From Candidatus Campbellbacteria bacterium GW2011_OD1_34_28 (GTDB lineage: Bacteria; Patescibacteriota; Minisyncoccia; Phycocordibacterales; UBA12079): DNA of 64,000 nt. The notes beneath the pieces were generated by a model, which saw nothing but the letters and a program-made list of their open reading frames with translations, had not been told where the DNA came from and made no database searches. This document shows, piece by piece, positions 34,365-43,776 of this stretch. The position numbers and the translations under genes are program-made. Each line of letters starts with the position of its first letter. Within the stretch, counting starts at the first letter, position 1. The DNA lies in contig CP011215.1 of assembly GCA_001029775.1 (NCBI GenBank), forward strand, positions 618,303 to 682,302. The letters run 5' to 3'.

Positions 34365-34730
34365 TTAAAACTTCTTGAAACCTCTAAGCAAATCTTTCGC
34401 TTTTGACGCTCCTCTTTTAAAAATGCTTCTTTTTTTATCTTTGTAAGAAATTATTTTTCTTTCTACCGCTTCTTTCACATCATCAATCGCAACATACATA
34501 TCGGCATTTTCTGCAACAGCACCAAAATTTTTTCCAGCTGTATGCAAACTTACTTCCGCTTTAAACATATCTCCTGCCCTACCTGTTTCTTTGCTCACTC
34601 TGGCATTACATTCAACGCTCTCGTCACTTTGATCAATATATTTATCCAACACGTTCAATTTTTCTCTAAAATGTTGATCAATGGCTGGAGTCACCTCCAT
34701 ATTGATACCTTGTATTTTTAAATTTCTCAT
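34365..34730 (-). CDS. hpf: Ribosome hibernation promoting factor / RaiA family (121 aa).
   Basis: MNLKIQGINMEVTPAI...AENADMYVAIDDVKEAVERKI matches the HPF/YfiA consensus (..eDmYaAID...dkleRQl). Confidence 0.85.
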   Translation of the reverse strand: MRNLKIQGINMEVTPAIDQHFREKLNVLDKYIDQSDESVECNARVSKETGRAGDMFKAEVSLHTAGKNFGAVAENADMYVAIDDVKEAVERKIISYKDKKRSIFKRGASKAKDLLRGFKKF

Positions 34731-34757
34731 GAGTCTATTATATTAATTAATAATTTT

Positions 34758-34982
34758 TTAATCAATGTTAATACTCAGCAGTTTTGAAGGTGATTGGTGT
34801 CCATTAATGATTTTTACTTTTCCCTCAACAACTCCAAAATGACGAGCCACAAGTTCTATTATTTTTTTGTTTGCCATATTCATTTCCGCTTTCTCTTTTA
34901 CTTTTATTTCAAAACGGTTTTCAGAAGTTTGGACAACCTCTTCTCTTTTTGATTTAGGATATGCTTTTACTTTTATATACAT
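34758..34982 (-). CDS. DUF167/YggU-family protein (74 aa).
   Basis: IKVKAYPKSKREEV...NMANKKIIELVARHFGV...VKIINGHQSPSKLLSI resembles the UPF0235 YggU pattern. Confidence 0.6.
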   Translation of the reverse strand: MYIKVKAYPKSKREEVVQTSENRFEIKVKEKAEMNMANKKIIELVARHFGVVEGKVKIINGHQSPSKLLSINID

Positions 34983-34994
34983 ATATAAATAAAA

Positions 34995-35339
34995 CTATAT
35001 TTGAGTTGCGTATTTTCTTTTGTCTGTTTTTTCTGCCCATTCATAAAAAGCACTAAAAATGGCAATATAAACAGCAACGACAAGAAAAGAAAACAAAACA
35101 GTAAAAAAACCATTTCCGTTTCCAAAAGATGATTCAAGCTCTGCTACAAATTGCATTACATTTGCAGATATGTCTGGAAAAAATATAGCAACAGGCATAA
35201 ACAAGAAAACAGCAACACTAATAAAAGGTTCGGCATAGCTATAATCAATAGGAACAATGAGCATTGCCGAAACACCGTAAATGAGGAGGAACATTAAAAT
35301 GATTATGGCGACTTTAAAGATATATAGTATTTCACTCAT
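34995..35339 (-). CDS. Small membrane protein (114 aa), three TM segments.
   Basis: Hydrophobic ORF. No family assigned. Confidence 0.45.
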   Translation of the reverse strand: MSEILYIFKVAIIILMFLLIYGVSAMLIVPIDYSYAEPFISVAVFLFMPVAIFFPDISANVMQFVAELESSFGNGNGFFTVLFSFLVVAVYIAIFSAFYEWAEKTDKRKYATQI

Positions 35340-35440
35340 ACAAATATTATACCACCAAAAAACCCGAATTAAACATTTTACTTTTTCAAAATTTTTGTTA
35401 ATATTGTATCTGTTAAGTTAATACAGGACTTAATAACATT

Positions 35441-35460
35441 CCGCGGTAGCTCAGTTGGCT
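35441..35460 (+). repeat. Duplicate of the first 19-20 nt of tRNA-Asn (TCCGCGGTAGCTCAGTTGG), followed by a non-tRNA sequence.
   Basis: Identical to 35625-35643. No cloverleaf can be formed downstream. Confidence 0.75.
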
Positions 35461-35624
35461 AAAAAGCGTTTAAGCTTTTTAGGTGGTTTCGAGCGAAGCG
35501 AGAAAATTGTCCAAGTCGAGTTTACGAGACAGGACAATAAATGGAAGAGCGATCCTTTGAATACAGTCGTTCGCGATTTGTGCTAAAGATCATGTCTTCT
35601 AATTGTAGTTTTGAAAATAAATAT

Positions 35625-35697
<73 letters not shown>

Positions 35698-35744
35698 CAA
35701 AAACGATTAAGTCCCAATATGCAATATTGGGGCTTTTTCGTTTT

Positions 35745-35930
35745 CTTTCGCGGCAGGACTCGAACCGAGCGAAGTATGAAGGAGCGACTGAAAGGAGCGA
35801 CGAACACGAGCGAGCGGGGGTCGAGAGTTCTTAGTGAAATTGAGTCCCGAAGGGCAAAAATTTCACTTAGAACTGGCGACCAAGTCCTGCCCGCTCTGAA
35901 CTAAAAACCGGCGACCGAGTCCTACCCACA
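35745..35930. repeat. Degenerate partial copies of the tRNA-Asn 3' half. An inverted copy CGCGGCAGGACTCGAACC lies at about 35745-35770. Direct fragments GTCCTGCCCGC and GAGTCCTACCC lie at about 35878-35925.
   Basis: Matches the tRNA T-arm/acceptor sequence on both strands. ORFs 35541-35834, 35583-35807 and 35719-35904 over this region are judged spurious. Confidence 0.7.
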
Positions 35931-35990
35931 AAACAAAATACAAACAAAAAATCCCCAACATCATTGGGGATTTTTAAATAAAATTTAGAT

Positions 35991-36317
35991 TTAGAAATGT
36001 TTTGCCAAATGCTTCCACCCAGCTTTTACTTCTTTACTCAAATCCTTAACTTCTTCTTCTGTCATCTTCTTTGCTTTCCCATATTTTACAACGGACTCCT
36101 CCATAAATTTTTTAAAATCTTCCTCGGTCATTTTCTTAACTTTCTTAATTTTAGGAGATACTGATTTATAAAAATCTGCGATATGCTTTTTAACATCTTT
36201 TTGTACCTCTTTCCCCTTTTTTGAAGTAATGAATAATCCAGCAGCAACACCTAGAACGGCCCCTGCTAAAGCTCCTTCCATTACTTTTTTTGTTCCGCTA
36301 ACTTTTTTATTTGACAT
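35991..36317 (-). CDS. YtxH-like small protein (108 aa).
   Basis: N-terminal ...GALAGAVLGVAAGLFITSKKGKE... resembles the YtxH/DUF948-associated family. Lys/Glu-rich. Confidence 0.45.
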   Translation of the reverse strand: MSNKKVSGTKKVMEGALAGAVLGVAAGLFITSKKGKEVQKDVKKHIADFYKSVSPKIKKVKKMTEEDFKKFMEESVVKYGKAKKMTEEEVKDLSKEVKAGWKHLAKHF

Positions 36318-36346
36318 ATTTTTATTTTTTTTAATTTATTAAATAA

Positions 36347-36625
36347 TTATTTTTTAGACTTTTTCTTGTTTTTTACAGATTCTTCTTTTTTCTTGAAAAA
36401 AAATGAAAGGATCGGCAATGTAGCTAAAGTCTTTAAAACATACTCTAAATTATCAGACAAATCTTCTGACATCTCTTCTATATTTTCAGATATCTTATCT
36501 AAAGATCTGGCAACTTTAATTAAGTGGTAAAAAATAATAATTGTCAGAACGCCTAATATAATTACTGCAAAAGACACAGAAAGATAAAATAATATTTGTG
36601 AAAAAATTAAAATGTTTATTACCAT
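36347..36625 (-). CDS. DUF948-like small membrane protein (92 aa).
   Basis: N-terminal TM helix followed by a charged helix. Adjacent to a YtxH-like gene, which is a common pairing. Confidence 0.45.
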   Translation of the reverse strand: MVINILIFSQILFYLSVSFAVIILGVLTIIIFYHLIKVARSLDKISENIEEMSEDLSDNLEYVLKTLATLPILSFFFKKKEESVKNKKKSKK

Positions 36626-36748
36626 AGAATAATTTTAGCACGAAATATTATGAAAAAATATAGCCCCTTTACAGCACAAATATAAAAATGTATATTTCGG
36701 GCAGAAACGGTAGTTAAAATCAACAAAAAATATGGGAGGAACAAATAA

Positions 36749-37099
36749 ATGAAGGCAAAACTTGACGGAACACCCGTTAAATTTGATCAACCATTTCTCT
36801 GTTTAAGAACGACAACGAAAAATGTTGGCTGTGTTGGTGATATGTACATTGATGTTGGAGGAAAAGTAAAACTCTACATCGATAATAAAAATAAACCCAC
36901 ATCCAAACTTATAGAGCTTTGCAAGCTTCTTGCTTCCAGAGGTCACAAAGTAACACATTTTGGAACATATGAGGGATCAGCTGGTCCTAACTACATTTTA
37001 AAATGTGGGGCATTGTTTACCCGCTGGGGAAAATTTGAAACAGGCGAAGGAAAAGAAATTAAAAAATTTAAAACTCCAGAGTATTTAAGACATTGGTAA
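36749..37099 (+). CDS. Hypothetical protein (116 aa).
   Basis: SD GGGAGG 8 nt before the ATG. Confidence 0.5.
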   Translation: MKAKLDGTPVKFDQPFLCLRTTTKNVGCVGDMYIDVGGKVKLYIDNKNKPTSKLIELCKLLASRGHKVTHFGTYEGSAGPNYILKCGALFTRWGKFETGEGKEIKKFKTPEYLRHW

Positions 37100-37380
37100 T
37101 AATACCGAAACAAGGAGGCCAAACAGTGTCAGATCAATCGTTGCAATATTGGAGAAAAAAACAAGCAGCTAACGACAACAACCCCAACAAAATACTCCTC
37201 TTGTTTGATATGAGAACAGCACACGCTCTTTTTGAACACAGCCTCAATGCCGAGACAGCTTCAAAAATGACAGACAAAGAGTTGCTGTCTCTAAAAAATA
37301 TTGGACCCACGGCTGTAAAATCTATCAGGAAAGCAATGAGAACCGCGCAAAAAGACAAAGGCGAAAAATTCTCTGTTTAA
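37093..37380 (+). CDS. Small protein with a C-terminal helix-hairpin-helix resembling the RpoA-CTD fold (95 aa).
   Basis: ...ELLSLKNIGPTAVKSIRKAM.... Confidence 0.4.
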   Translation: MVIIPKQGGQTVSDQSLQYWRKKQAANDNNPNKILLLFDMRTAHALFEHSLNAETASKMTDKELLSLKNIGPTAVKSIRKAMRTAQKDKGEKFSV

Positions 37381-37452
37381 ATTATTTATCTAAATACCCC
37401 AAATAATAGTTCGAAAAACCGAGATCAGATAATAAGAAAAACAGCTGATTTT

Positions 37453-37480
37453 CAAAACCACCCCTACGGGTGGTTTTTTG
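37453..37480 (+). terminator. Rho-independent terminator.
   Basis: AAAACCACCC ctac GGGTGGTTTTTTG. Confidence 0.75.
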
Positions 37481-37559
37481 TTTCCTACTTGGTAACTTAT
37501 TGTTACAATATTTATATTAAAGACTTAAAAAGTTTAAGATAAGTATTTTTTTATAAAAT

Positions 37560-37802
37560 ATGAAAAAACCAACAATCACAGGACAAATAAACATAAAAAT
37601 ATTTGAATTGCTTGAACAACATTCAGATGGTTTACGTTGGTCAGAACTTATATTAAAAATTAAAAAATCAAATCCCAATCTTCACCCAAAGACAATCAAT
37701 GGATGTATTTGGAAACTTGTTCAAAAATTTCCTGACAAAGTCTACAAACCATCTAAAGGAGTTTTTCGTTTATTAAAATATAAAAACACCAAAACAAATT
37801 AA
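37560..37802 (+). CDS. Small winged-helix protein (80 aa).
   Basis: Pattern ...IFELLEQHSDGLRWSELI...INGCIWKLV... suggests a wHTH. No family assigned. Confidence 0.4.
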   Translation: MKKPTITGQINIKIFELLEQHSDGLRWSELILKIKKSNPNLHPKTINGCIWKLVQKFPDKVYKPSKGVFRLLKYKNTKTN

Positions 37803-37895
37803 TTTTTTGATACCCCTTTACACACCCCTTTAAATATATTATTCTTCAAAAAGAAATTTGATCAAAAAAGACAAAAATAACGAGGAGACTCTCAA

Positions 37896-38216
37896 ATGCC
37901 AAAACATGATCTATTTTTGTTGGTTGATTACGATGTAATAAAAAGCAAGGCTTGTTTTTCAACGAATATACAACAAGAAAAAGTCGCTGATGTTATCGTA
38001 AATTTTCTTCGAACACAAATCGGAGCAGGAAAAGACACCTCAGAAGCGAATATTCTTGATTTGTACGAGGTCGATCTTTTGTTAGACCTATCTACCGATA
38101 CATTTTCAGTATCATCAAATTGCGGAAATCTTGGTTTAAGAGACGGTATATTACATCACCTCTTCACAAAACTGAGAATTACAGAAATAAATCATGGTCA
38201 GCAACCCTCTTTCTGA
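37896..38216 (+). CDS. Hypothetical protein (106 aa).
   Basis: SD GAGGAG before the ATG. Terminator at 38198-38230 overlaps the stop region. Confidence 0.5.
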   Translation: MPKHDLFLLVDYDVIKSKACFSTNIQQEKVADVIVNFLRTQIGAGKDTSEANILDLYEVDLLLDLSTDTFSVSSNCGNLGLRDGILHHLFTKLRITEINHGQQPSF

Positions 38217-38230
38217 GGGTTGCTTTTTTC
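38198..38230 (+). terminator. Rho-independent terminator.
   Basis: AGCAACCCTC tttctg AGGGTTGCTTTTTTC. Confidence 0.7.
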
Positions 38231-38322
38231 TCTATCAAACGCTTTACAATAATTTCTAATTTATATATAGTCTTTACTAGATAAAATGTCCTTAATATAA
38301 ACGTACAAAAAAGGTAAAACTA

Positions 38323-38904
38323 ATGTCCGATGACAAAAAAGAATTTTGTGAAAAACACCCCTATTTTAATCCTTTTGAATCAGATTGGAACAATGCAAGC
38401 AAAGAATGTAGTAAATGTTGTGGCTTGCATTATGGTGCAAAAAAAATTGGCTATTATTCTGGAGAATGCTCGCTGAAACAATATGATGTCAATAATGCGA
38501 GATTAAAAATTGGACCAATGAGCCTTGAACAATTTGGACATATACGTTTTTCATTGGGATTTGACTATCATATGAGTGATGGACCCTCATGGAACGCTGA
38601 TAGCGAAACAAGAACAATTTACTTTAAAGAAGAACTCCATGAATCTCAAATTAAAGAATTCCAAAAGAAGTGGGGTTGCAAAATAAGTAAAATTGATTGG
38701 TCTCTTCCCAAGGTTTCTTTCGTTGATGCAGAAAAAAAAGAAGGAGAAGTAACAGTCTTTGTCACAATTGGAGAAAACAATATTACCTCGTCTTGCACGT
38801 TAAAAAATGGAATGACGGCAATTGAAATATTTCGCGAATTGGATAAATTAAAATTTTTAGATATCCCGAATGACTCAATCCAAGAAAACGAAATCAAACA
38901 ATAG
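38323..38904 (+). CDS. Hypothetical protein with an N-terminal Cys-cluster (193 aa).
   Basis: CEKH...CSKCCGLHYG...C motifs. Terminator at 38909-38938. Confidence 0.5.
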   Translation: MSDDKKEFCEKHPYFNPFESDWNNASKECSKCCGLHYGAKKIGYYSGECSLKQYDVNNARLKIGPMSLEQFGHIRFSLGFDYHMSDGPSWNADSETRTIYFKEELHESQIKEFQKKWGCKISKIDWSLPKVSFVDAEKKEGEVTVFVTIGENNITSSCTLKNGMTAIEIFRELDKLKFLDIPNDSIQENEIKQ

Positions 38905-38908
38905 ATTC

Positions 38909-38938
38909 AAAGCCACCCGTTCGGGTGGTTTTTTGTTT
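38909..38938 (+). terminator. Rho-independent terminator.
   Basis: AAGCCACCC gttc GGGTGGTTTTTTG. Confidence 0.75.
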
Positions 38939-38989
38939 TCGCATTTCACTTTCCTTTTAAAACCTTGTTATAAAGAGTATATTATAGAT

Positions 38990-39943
38990 ATGACAGTAGA
39001 AAGAAAATATCACAACAGAATAGTTGTTAGCTTGTCTGGAGTGCTTATATTACTCCTCGCGTTTATTGGCTTTGTCCTTTTCAAGCCAGGTATTTTCGGC
39101 GATTGGGGTATTTCTCTTATGGAAAGTCGTATAGCCAATTTAGCTTCAACATATTTGGGCTTAACAGAAAATCAATTTCTTAGTGAAGAACAATCAATCA
39201 CAATAATCAGGTCTAGAAGTGGAGGCGAAAAAGAAGAAATAATTCTTCCAATTAAAAAACCTCTCTTTGAATATATAGAAGTAGTTGATGGTTGCGATAT
39301 CCATTTTGAAGGAGAATGTCTAAATATGCGTTCCGGACCAAGCGAAGAATATCCAGTAGTCAGTAAACTTCGCAATGGCATCGTATTAAAAATAAATGGA
39401 AAAGTAGAATACGAAGGAGGGGTTTGGTACAAAGTAGTCTTTGACGAATGGCTTCGTTATTCCGACAGATTGAATGGAGACTTGTATGTAAATGCCGATT
39501 ATGTAAAAGTTCTTCTTGATGAAGGAATAAAAACTGTAGAAGACAACGAACATTCCACCACAACGACAAAAAAAATTATTGTTAATAGGACGACTCAAAC
39601 ACTTTCTGCTTATGAAGGAGAAAAATTGTTTATGGAAGAATTAATATCTACTGGTTTAGAGTTAAGTCCGACTCCTCGTGGAGAATTTCTAATTTTCAGA
39701 AAAACACCAAGCAGGTATATGCAAGGACCAATTGCTGGGTTAGCAGGCAGTGATTATTATGATTTGCCCGGAGTTCCTTGGAATCTTTATTTTACACACG
39801 GAGGAGCTGTAATTCATGGAGCATATTGGCATGATAGTTTTGGTTCGGAATACTCACATGGTTGTGTAAATATGCCACCAGATAAAGCAAGAGAGCTCTA
39901 TAATTGGGCGGAAATAGGCACACATGTGGTTGTAACTGATTAA
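38990..39943 (+). CDS. L,D-transpeptidase (YkuD domain) with an N-terminal anchor and a bacterial SH3 domain. The track ORF starts at 38870.
   Basis: C-terminal ...HGGAVIHGAYWHDSFGSEYSHGCVNM... (YkuD catalytic His and SHGC motifs). Mid-region SH3b-like (MRSGPSEEYPVVSKLRNGIVLKINGKVEYEGGVWYKV). Confidence 0.8.
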   Translation: MTVERKYHNRIVVSLSGVLILLLAFIGFVLFKPGIFGDWGISLMESRIANLASTYLGLTENQFLSEEQSITIIRSRSGGEKEEIILPIKKPLFEYIEVVDGCDIHFEGECLNMRSGPSEEYPVVSKLRNGIVLKINGKVEYEGGVWYKVVFDEWLRYSDRLNGDLYVNADYVKVLLDEGIKTVEDNEHSTTTTKKIIVNRTTQTLSAYEGEKLFMEELISTGLELSPTPRGEFLIFRKTPSRYMQGPIAGLAGSDYYDLPGVPWNLYFTHGGAVIHGAYWHDSFGSEYSHGCVNMPPDKARELYNWAEIGTHVVVTD

Positions 39944-40104
39944 TAAAGGAACAAATACAAAACATCCGCACTGGGATTGTTGCAATCGCAACAATTGTGG
40001 TATGGGTGTTTTTTCATTAAAAACTTGTAATAAAACCTCTCATTTATCACACAACAAATCTAACAAAAAGTACATTGTTTTGCCCTTCAACATAGTATAC
40101 AATT

Positions 40105-40938
40105 TTGAGTAATTTGAAACACAGAAACACAATTTTCATAACGACGTGTGTGACAATTTTTCTAGCAGTACTGATCAACTCTGTGCCTATTATTTTTTCT
40201 CCAAAAAAATCTATTGAGAAATCTTACTCTTCCCTACCACAATTTCAATCACAAATAAAACAAAATTTTTCAACTTTTGAAAATGATTTAACTCTCTTTA
40301 CAACAATCCCCCCTAATAAGAATGTGGACATTCCTAAAAAAGATAAGATAACTACAACGGTCACCACTCGTGAAAATGAAAACACCTCTAAAGAAGTTAA
40401 AGTAATTGAAACAATCACTCCCGATAAAGAAGAAACAGAAAATTCTTTTTTTGATGTTCCTTTTTTCTCACAATTTAAAGATATTAGTTCTTCAAACTGG
40501 CAAAAGGTAGGGTGTGGAATCGCGAGTCTGGGGATGATTATTAATTATTATGAACCAAAAGAAATTTCTGTTAATGCACTTCTCAATGAAGGTATAAATT
40601 CTGGAGCATACATAAATGACGCTGGATGGTCACATCAAGGTTTAGCAAATCTTGCAGATAAACACGGTCTTGTAGGATCAACTTATGACTTTTCGGCATC
40701 AAGTATGGAAGTAGCTTTTGCCAAATTTGAAAACTCCCTAAAAGAAGGACCTGTTATTGCTTCGGTTCACTATACATTTGATCCTTCAAACCCAATTCCC
40801 CATCTGGCAGTAATCAATGGAATAGAAGGAGATACTTTGCACTATAGTGATCCCGCAGAAGGACAAGGAACAATATCTGTAGAAAAATTTAAACGAGCAT
40901 GGAAGAAAAGATATATTAAAATAAGACCGAGTGTCTAA
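40105..40938 (+). CDS. Membrane-anchored peptidase C39-like (YvpB-like) cysteine peptidase-domain protein (277 aa).
   Basis: DVPFFSQF...WQKVGCGIASLGMIINYY matches the C39_2 catalytic-Cys region. A downstream His-containing ...IPHLAVINGIEGD... is present. Confidence 0.65.
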   Translation: MSNLKHRNTIFITTCVTIFLAVLINSVPIIFSPKKSIEKSYSSLPQFQSQIKQNFSTFENDLTLFTTIPPNKNVDIPKKDKITTTVTTRENENTSKEVKVIETITPDKEETENSFFDVPFFSQFKDISSSNWQKVGCGIASLGMIINYYEPKEISVNALLNEGINSGAYINDAGWSHQGLANLADKHGLVGSTYDFSASSMEVAFAKFENSLKEGPVIASVHYTFDPSNPIPHLAVINGIEGDTLHYSDPAEGQGTISVEKFKRAWKKRYIKIRPSV

Positions 40939-40947
40939 ATAACAAAA

Positions 40948-40980
40948 GAAAAATCGTCTTTGAAAGACGATTTTTCTTTT
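40948..40980 (+). terminator. Rho-independent terminator.
   Basis: GAAAAATCGTCTT tgaa AGACGATTTTTC followed by TTTTG. Confidence 0.75.
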
Positions 40981-41034
40981 GTCTTTACGACTTATGCTAT
41001 AATTTTATTATAGTAATTAATCTTAAAAAAATTT

Positions 41035-41949
41035 ATGAAAAACCTTATAATAATATTAGTCGTCATAATTTTACTAGGGGTTGGAGCATATTTTATGTTT
41101 CCAAATTTATTTTCAACAGTTATTTCTATAGATAATAAAAACGAAAATAACGATAATATAGCAACTTCAACAGACGATGACACATCAACACTCACAGATC
41201 AAAATGAAGTGGAATCAATTTTAGGAAAATCATATGGCGGAAGAGATATTCCTGTATATCAATTTGGTAATGGAGATACAAAAATATTATTTGTTGGAGG
41301 AGTCCATGGAGGCTATGCATGGAACACATCTCTTCTTGCACAAGAAATGATTTCTTATTTAAAAGAGAGTCCAGAAATAATTCCGAAAAATGTGACAGTG
41401 ACGATTGTGCCCATATTAAATCCGGATGGTTTAGATAAAATAATAAAACAACCTTCTTTATCCAGTCTTTCAAACAACCCTCCTCAATTGGCTAACACAA
41501 TAGAAGGAAGATTTAATGGAAACAATGTAGACCTAAATAGAAATTTTGATTGCGATTGGAAAGCAAATGCTACTTGGCAAAACAGAACAGTCAGCGGAGG
41601 AGACGAAGTATTTTCTGAACCAGAAAGTCAGGCAATCAAAAATTATATAGAAAGAGAAAACCCCACAGCAGTGGTTGTTTGGTATAGTGCAGCAGGAGGA
41701 GTATTTTCTTCAAGTTGTCATAATGGGATTTTAGAAGAAACAAGAAAACTAACAAATACGTATGGTAAAGCATCTGGCTATCCTACATACGATGAATTTG
41801 TTTCTTATGAGGTAACAGGAGATATGGTAAATTGGCTAGCAAAAGAAGGTATTCCAGCAATTAGCGTCCTTCTTACTAACCACAACGATATTGAATGGAC
41901 AAAAAACAAAGCTGGAATAGAAGCAATACTTAATTACTACGCTGAATAA
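41035..41949 (+). CDS. M14-family zinc carboxypeptidase-like protein, secreted (304 aa).
   Basis: ...FVGGVHGGYAWNTS...ILNPDG...NNVDLNRNF... (the VDLNRNF hallmark of M14). Confidence 0.7.
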   Translation: MKNLIIILVVIILLGVGAYFMFPNLFSTVISIDNKNENNDNIATSTDDDTSTLTDQNEVESILGKSYGGRDIPVYQFGNGDTKILFVGGVHGGYAWNTSLLAQEMISYLKESPEIIPKNVTVTIVPILNPDGLDKIIKQPSLSSLSNNPPQLANTIEGRFNGNNVDLNRNFDCDWKANATWQNRTVSGGDEVFSEPESQAIKNYIERENPTAVVVWYSAAGGVFSSSCHNGILEETRKLTNTYGKASGYPTYDEFVSYEVTGDMVNWLAKEGIPAISVLLTNHNDIEWTKNKAGIEAILNYYAE

Positions 41950-42806
41950 TGAAAAAATTTTTTATAGGTAGAGCCATTGGTTTTATTGTAGTTATTGTCG
42001 TATTCATTATCGGATATTTTATTTTAGATTTTTTTAAAAATGATGAAATAGTAGAAAAAATAATTTCTTCTACAAAGACTATAATCGGGCAATCGGTTGA
42101 AAAAAGAAATATTGAGGCTTATACATTTGGTGACGGAGAAAAACATCTTTTGTTTGTTGGAGGAATTCACGGAGGATATGAGTGGAATAGTGTACTTTTG
42201 GCATACCAACTAATTGACTATCTAGAAATAAATAAGGAAATAATCCCCAAAGATATAACTGTCACAGTGATTGCATCAGCCAATCCAGACGGAATATTTG
42301 AGGTGACAAATAAAAACGGACGCTTTTATCTTTCCGATCTTTCGTCGGGTGATAAGTCTCTTGCCAGATTTAATGCAAACGATGTTGATCTGAACAGAAA
42401 TTTTGATTGCAAATGGCAATCAGAAAGCACGTGGAGGGGCAATCCTGTTAGTGCTGGCACGAGTGTTTTTTCAGAACCAGAAGCACAGACGATTAGAGAT
42501 TTTGTTTTAGAAAATAAACCAGTAGCAGTTGTATTTTTTCACAGCCAATCTAACGCTGTTTACGCATCAGAATGTGAAGACGGAATCCTTTCAGAAACTC
42601 TTGATATTATGAATATTTATTCAGATGCCTCGGGTTATCCAGCGATTGATACTTTTGACGCTTATGAGATAACGGGTGATGCAGAAGGGTGGCTAGCTTC
42701 TATCAAGATTCCAGCAATTACAGTCGAGCTGTCTACTCACGAAACAATTGAATGGGACAAAAACCTCGCAGGAGTTAAAGCCTTGTTTGAATATTATAGT
42801 AATTAA
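41949..42806 (+). CDS. M14-family zinc carboxypeptidase-like protein, tandem paralog (285 aa).
   Basis: ...FVGGIHGGYEWNSV...ANPDG...NDVDLNRNFDCKW.... Aligns along its whole length with ORF 41035-41949. Confidence 0.7.
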   Translation: MKKFFIGRAIGFIVVIVVFIIGYFILDFFKNDEIVEKIISSTKTIIGQSVEKRNIEAYTFGDGEKHLLFVGGIHGGYEWNSVLLAYQLIDYLEINKEIIPKDITVTVIASANPDGIFEVTNKNGRFYLSDLSSGDKSLARFNANDVDLNRNFDCKWQSESTWRGNPVSAGTSVFSEPEAQTIRDFVLENKPVAVVFFHSQSNAVYASECEDGILSETLDIMNIYSDASGYPAIDTFDAYEITGDAEGWLASIKIPAITVELSTHETIEWDKNLAGVKALFEYYSN

Positions 42807-42820
42807 ACAACACACCACAA

Positions 42821-42851
42821 AAAACCGCCCACTAGATGTGGGCGGTTTTTG
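42821..42851. terminator. Bidirectional terminator.
   Basis: AAAACCGCCCAC tagat GTGGGCGGTTTTTG. Confidence 0.8.
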
Positions 42852-42872
42852 TGTAAAACACTATTTAATATT

Positions 42873-43562
42873 TTACTTCTTTTTCTTTTTTGTTACTGTC
42901 TTTTTTGTTGCAACCTTTTTTGCAATTACTTTTTTAGCTACAACTGGTTTTTTAGGAGCGGTCTTTTTTGCCTTGGTTGTTTTCTCTGTTTTAACTGTTG
43001 GTTTATCCATTGTTTTTACCAACACTTTTTTAAGAGCAGTGATATCAATTTCTTTTTTAGGAGCTCTTTCAAATTTTTTGTATTTAGGAGCGTCTGTTGA
43101 AAATTCTGATTCCTCTGTCTTTCCAGCATTTTGATCAAGATTTAAAACCTTCAAAATTTTATCCAATTTTGTATTCAACATTTCAAACTGAGATTTGTAA
43201 TTTTGAGTATCTTTAGATGAATCATTTTGAAAAGGTTTTCTGTCCTCAAAACGAGGTCTTGAATCTCTTCTACCAAAGTCTCTATTTCCACCGTCTCTGG
43301 AACCTTGAAAAGAATCACCTTTTTTTGATTTGAAACAATCGCTACAAAGGACAGGTTTTCCCGCTGTTGGACGAAAAGGAACTTCACAATTCTTTTTACA
43401 TTCGTCACAAATTGCTTTGTGCATTTCTACATTTCCTCTATCTCCTCTATCTCTTCCGCCTCCAAAGCTTCTTCCTCCTCTGTCTCCACCAAAACTTCTT
43501 CCGCTTCCGCCAAATTTCTTGCCACCTCCACCAAATTTTTTTCCTTTATCAAAATTATTCAT
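42873..43562 (-). CDS. Nucleic-acid-binding-like protein: N-terminal Gly/Arg-rich (RGG/FGG repeats), a central CxxC...CxxC zinc ribbon (CDECKKNCEVPFRPTAGKPVLCSDCF), and a C-terminal Lys/Ala-rich histone-H1-like tail (229 aa).
   Basis: Composition and motifs read from the translation. The C..C.....VPF.P....PV.C..CF ribbon is a recognisable small zinc-ribbon type. Confidence 0.6.
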   Translation of the reverse strand: MNNFDKGKKFGGGGKKFGGSGRSFGGDRGGRSFGGGRDRGDRGNVEMHKAICDECKKNCEVPFRPTAGKPVLCSDCFKSKKGDSFQGSRDGGNRDFGRRDSRPRFEDRKPFQNDSSKDTQNYKSQFEMLNTKLDKILKVLNLDQNAGKTEESEFSTDAPKYKKFERAPKKEIDITALKKVLVKTMDKPTVKTEKTTKAKKTAPKKPVVAKKVIAKKVATKKTVTKKKKK

Positions 43563-43673
43563 ATGATTTATGTTAATATTATCAGGTAAGTCTATGCTTT
43601 TTATTCATTAAAAGCAATGATATTGAACAGCTATTACAAACAAATCAATTTATTGTTAAAATTAACCCTATGA

Positions 43674-43776
43674 ATCCCGTTAGAAATTTTTATTCACGCG
43701 GGAACATAAATAAAATAAAAGTGCTAAAATTATTTTAAAGTTAAACTATTATCAATATTAAAATTTCTAACGGGAT
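43674..43776. promoter_or_regulatory. Perfect 17-bp inverted repeat (ATCCCGTTAGAAATTTT ... AAAATTTCTAACGGGAT) bracketing 69 bp immediately upstream of, and overlapping, the vanY-like start codon.
   Basis: Arms at 43674-43690 and 43760-43776. The ATG of ORF 43775 lies within the right arm. Confidence 0.7.
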
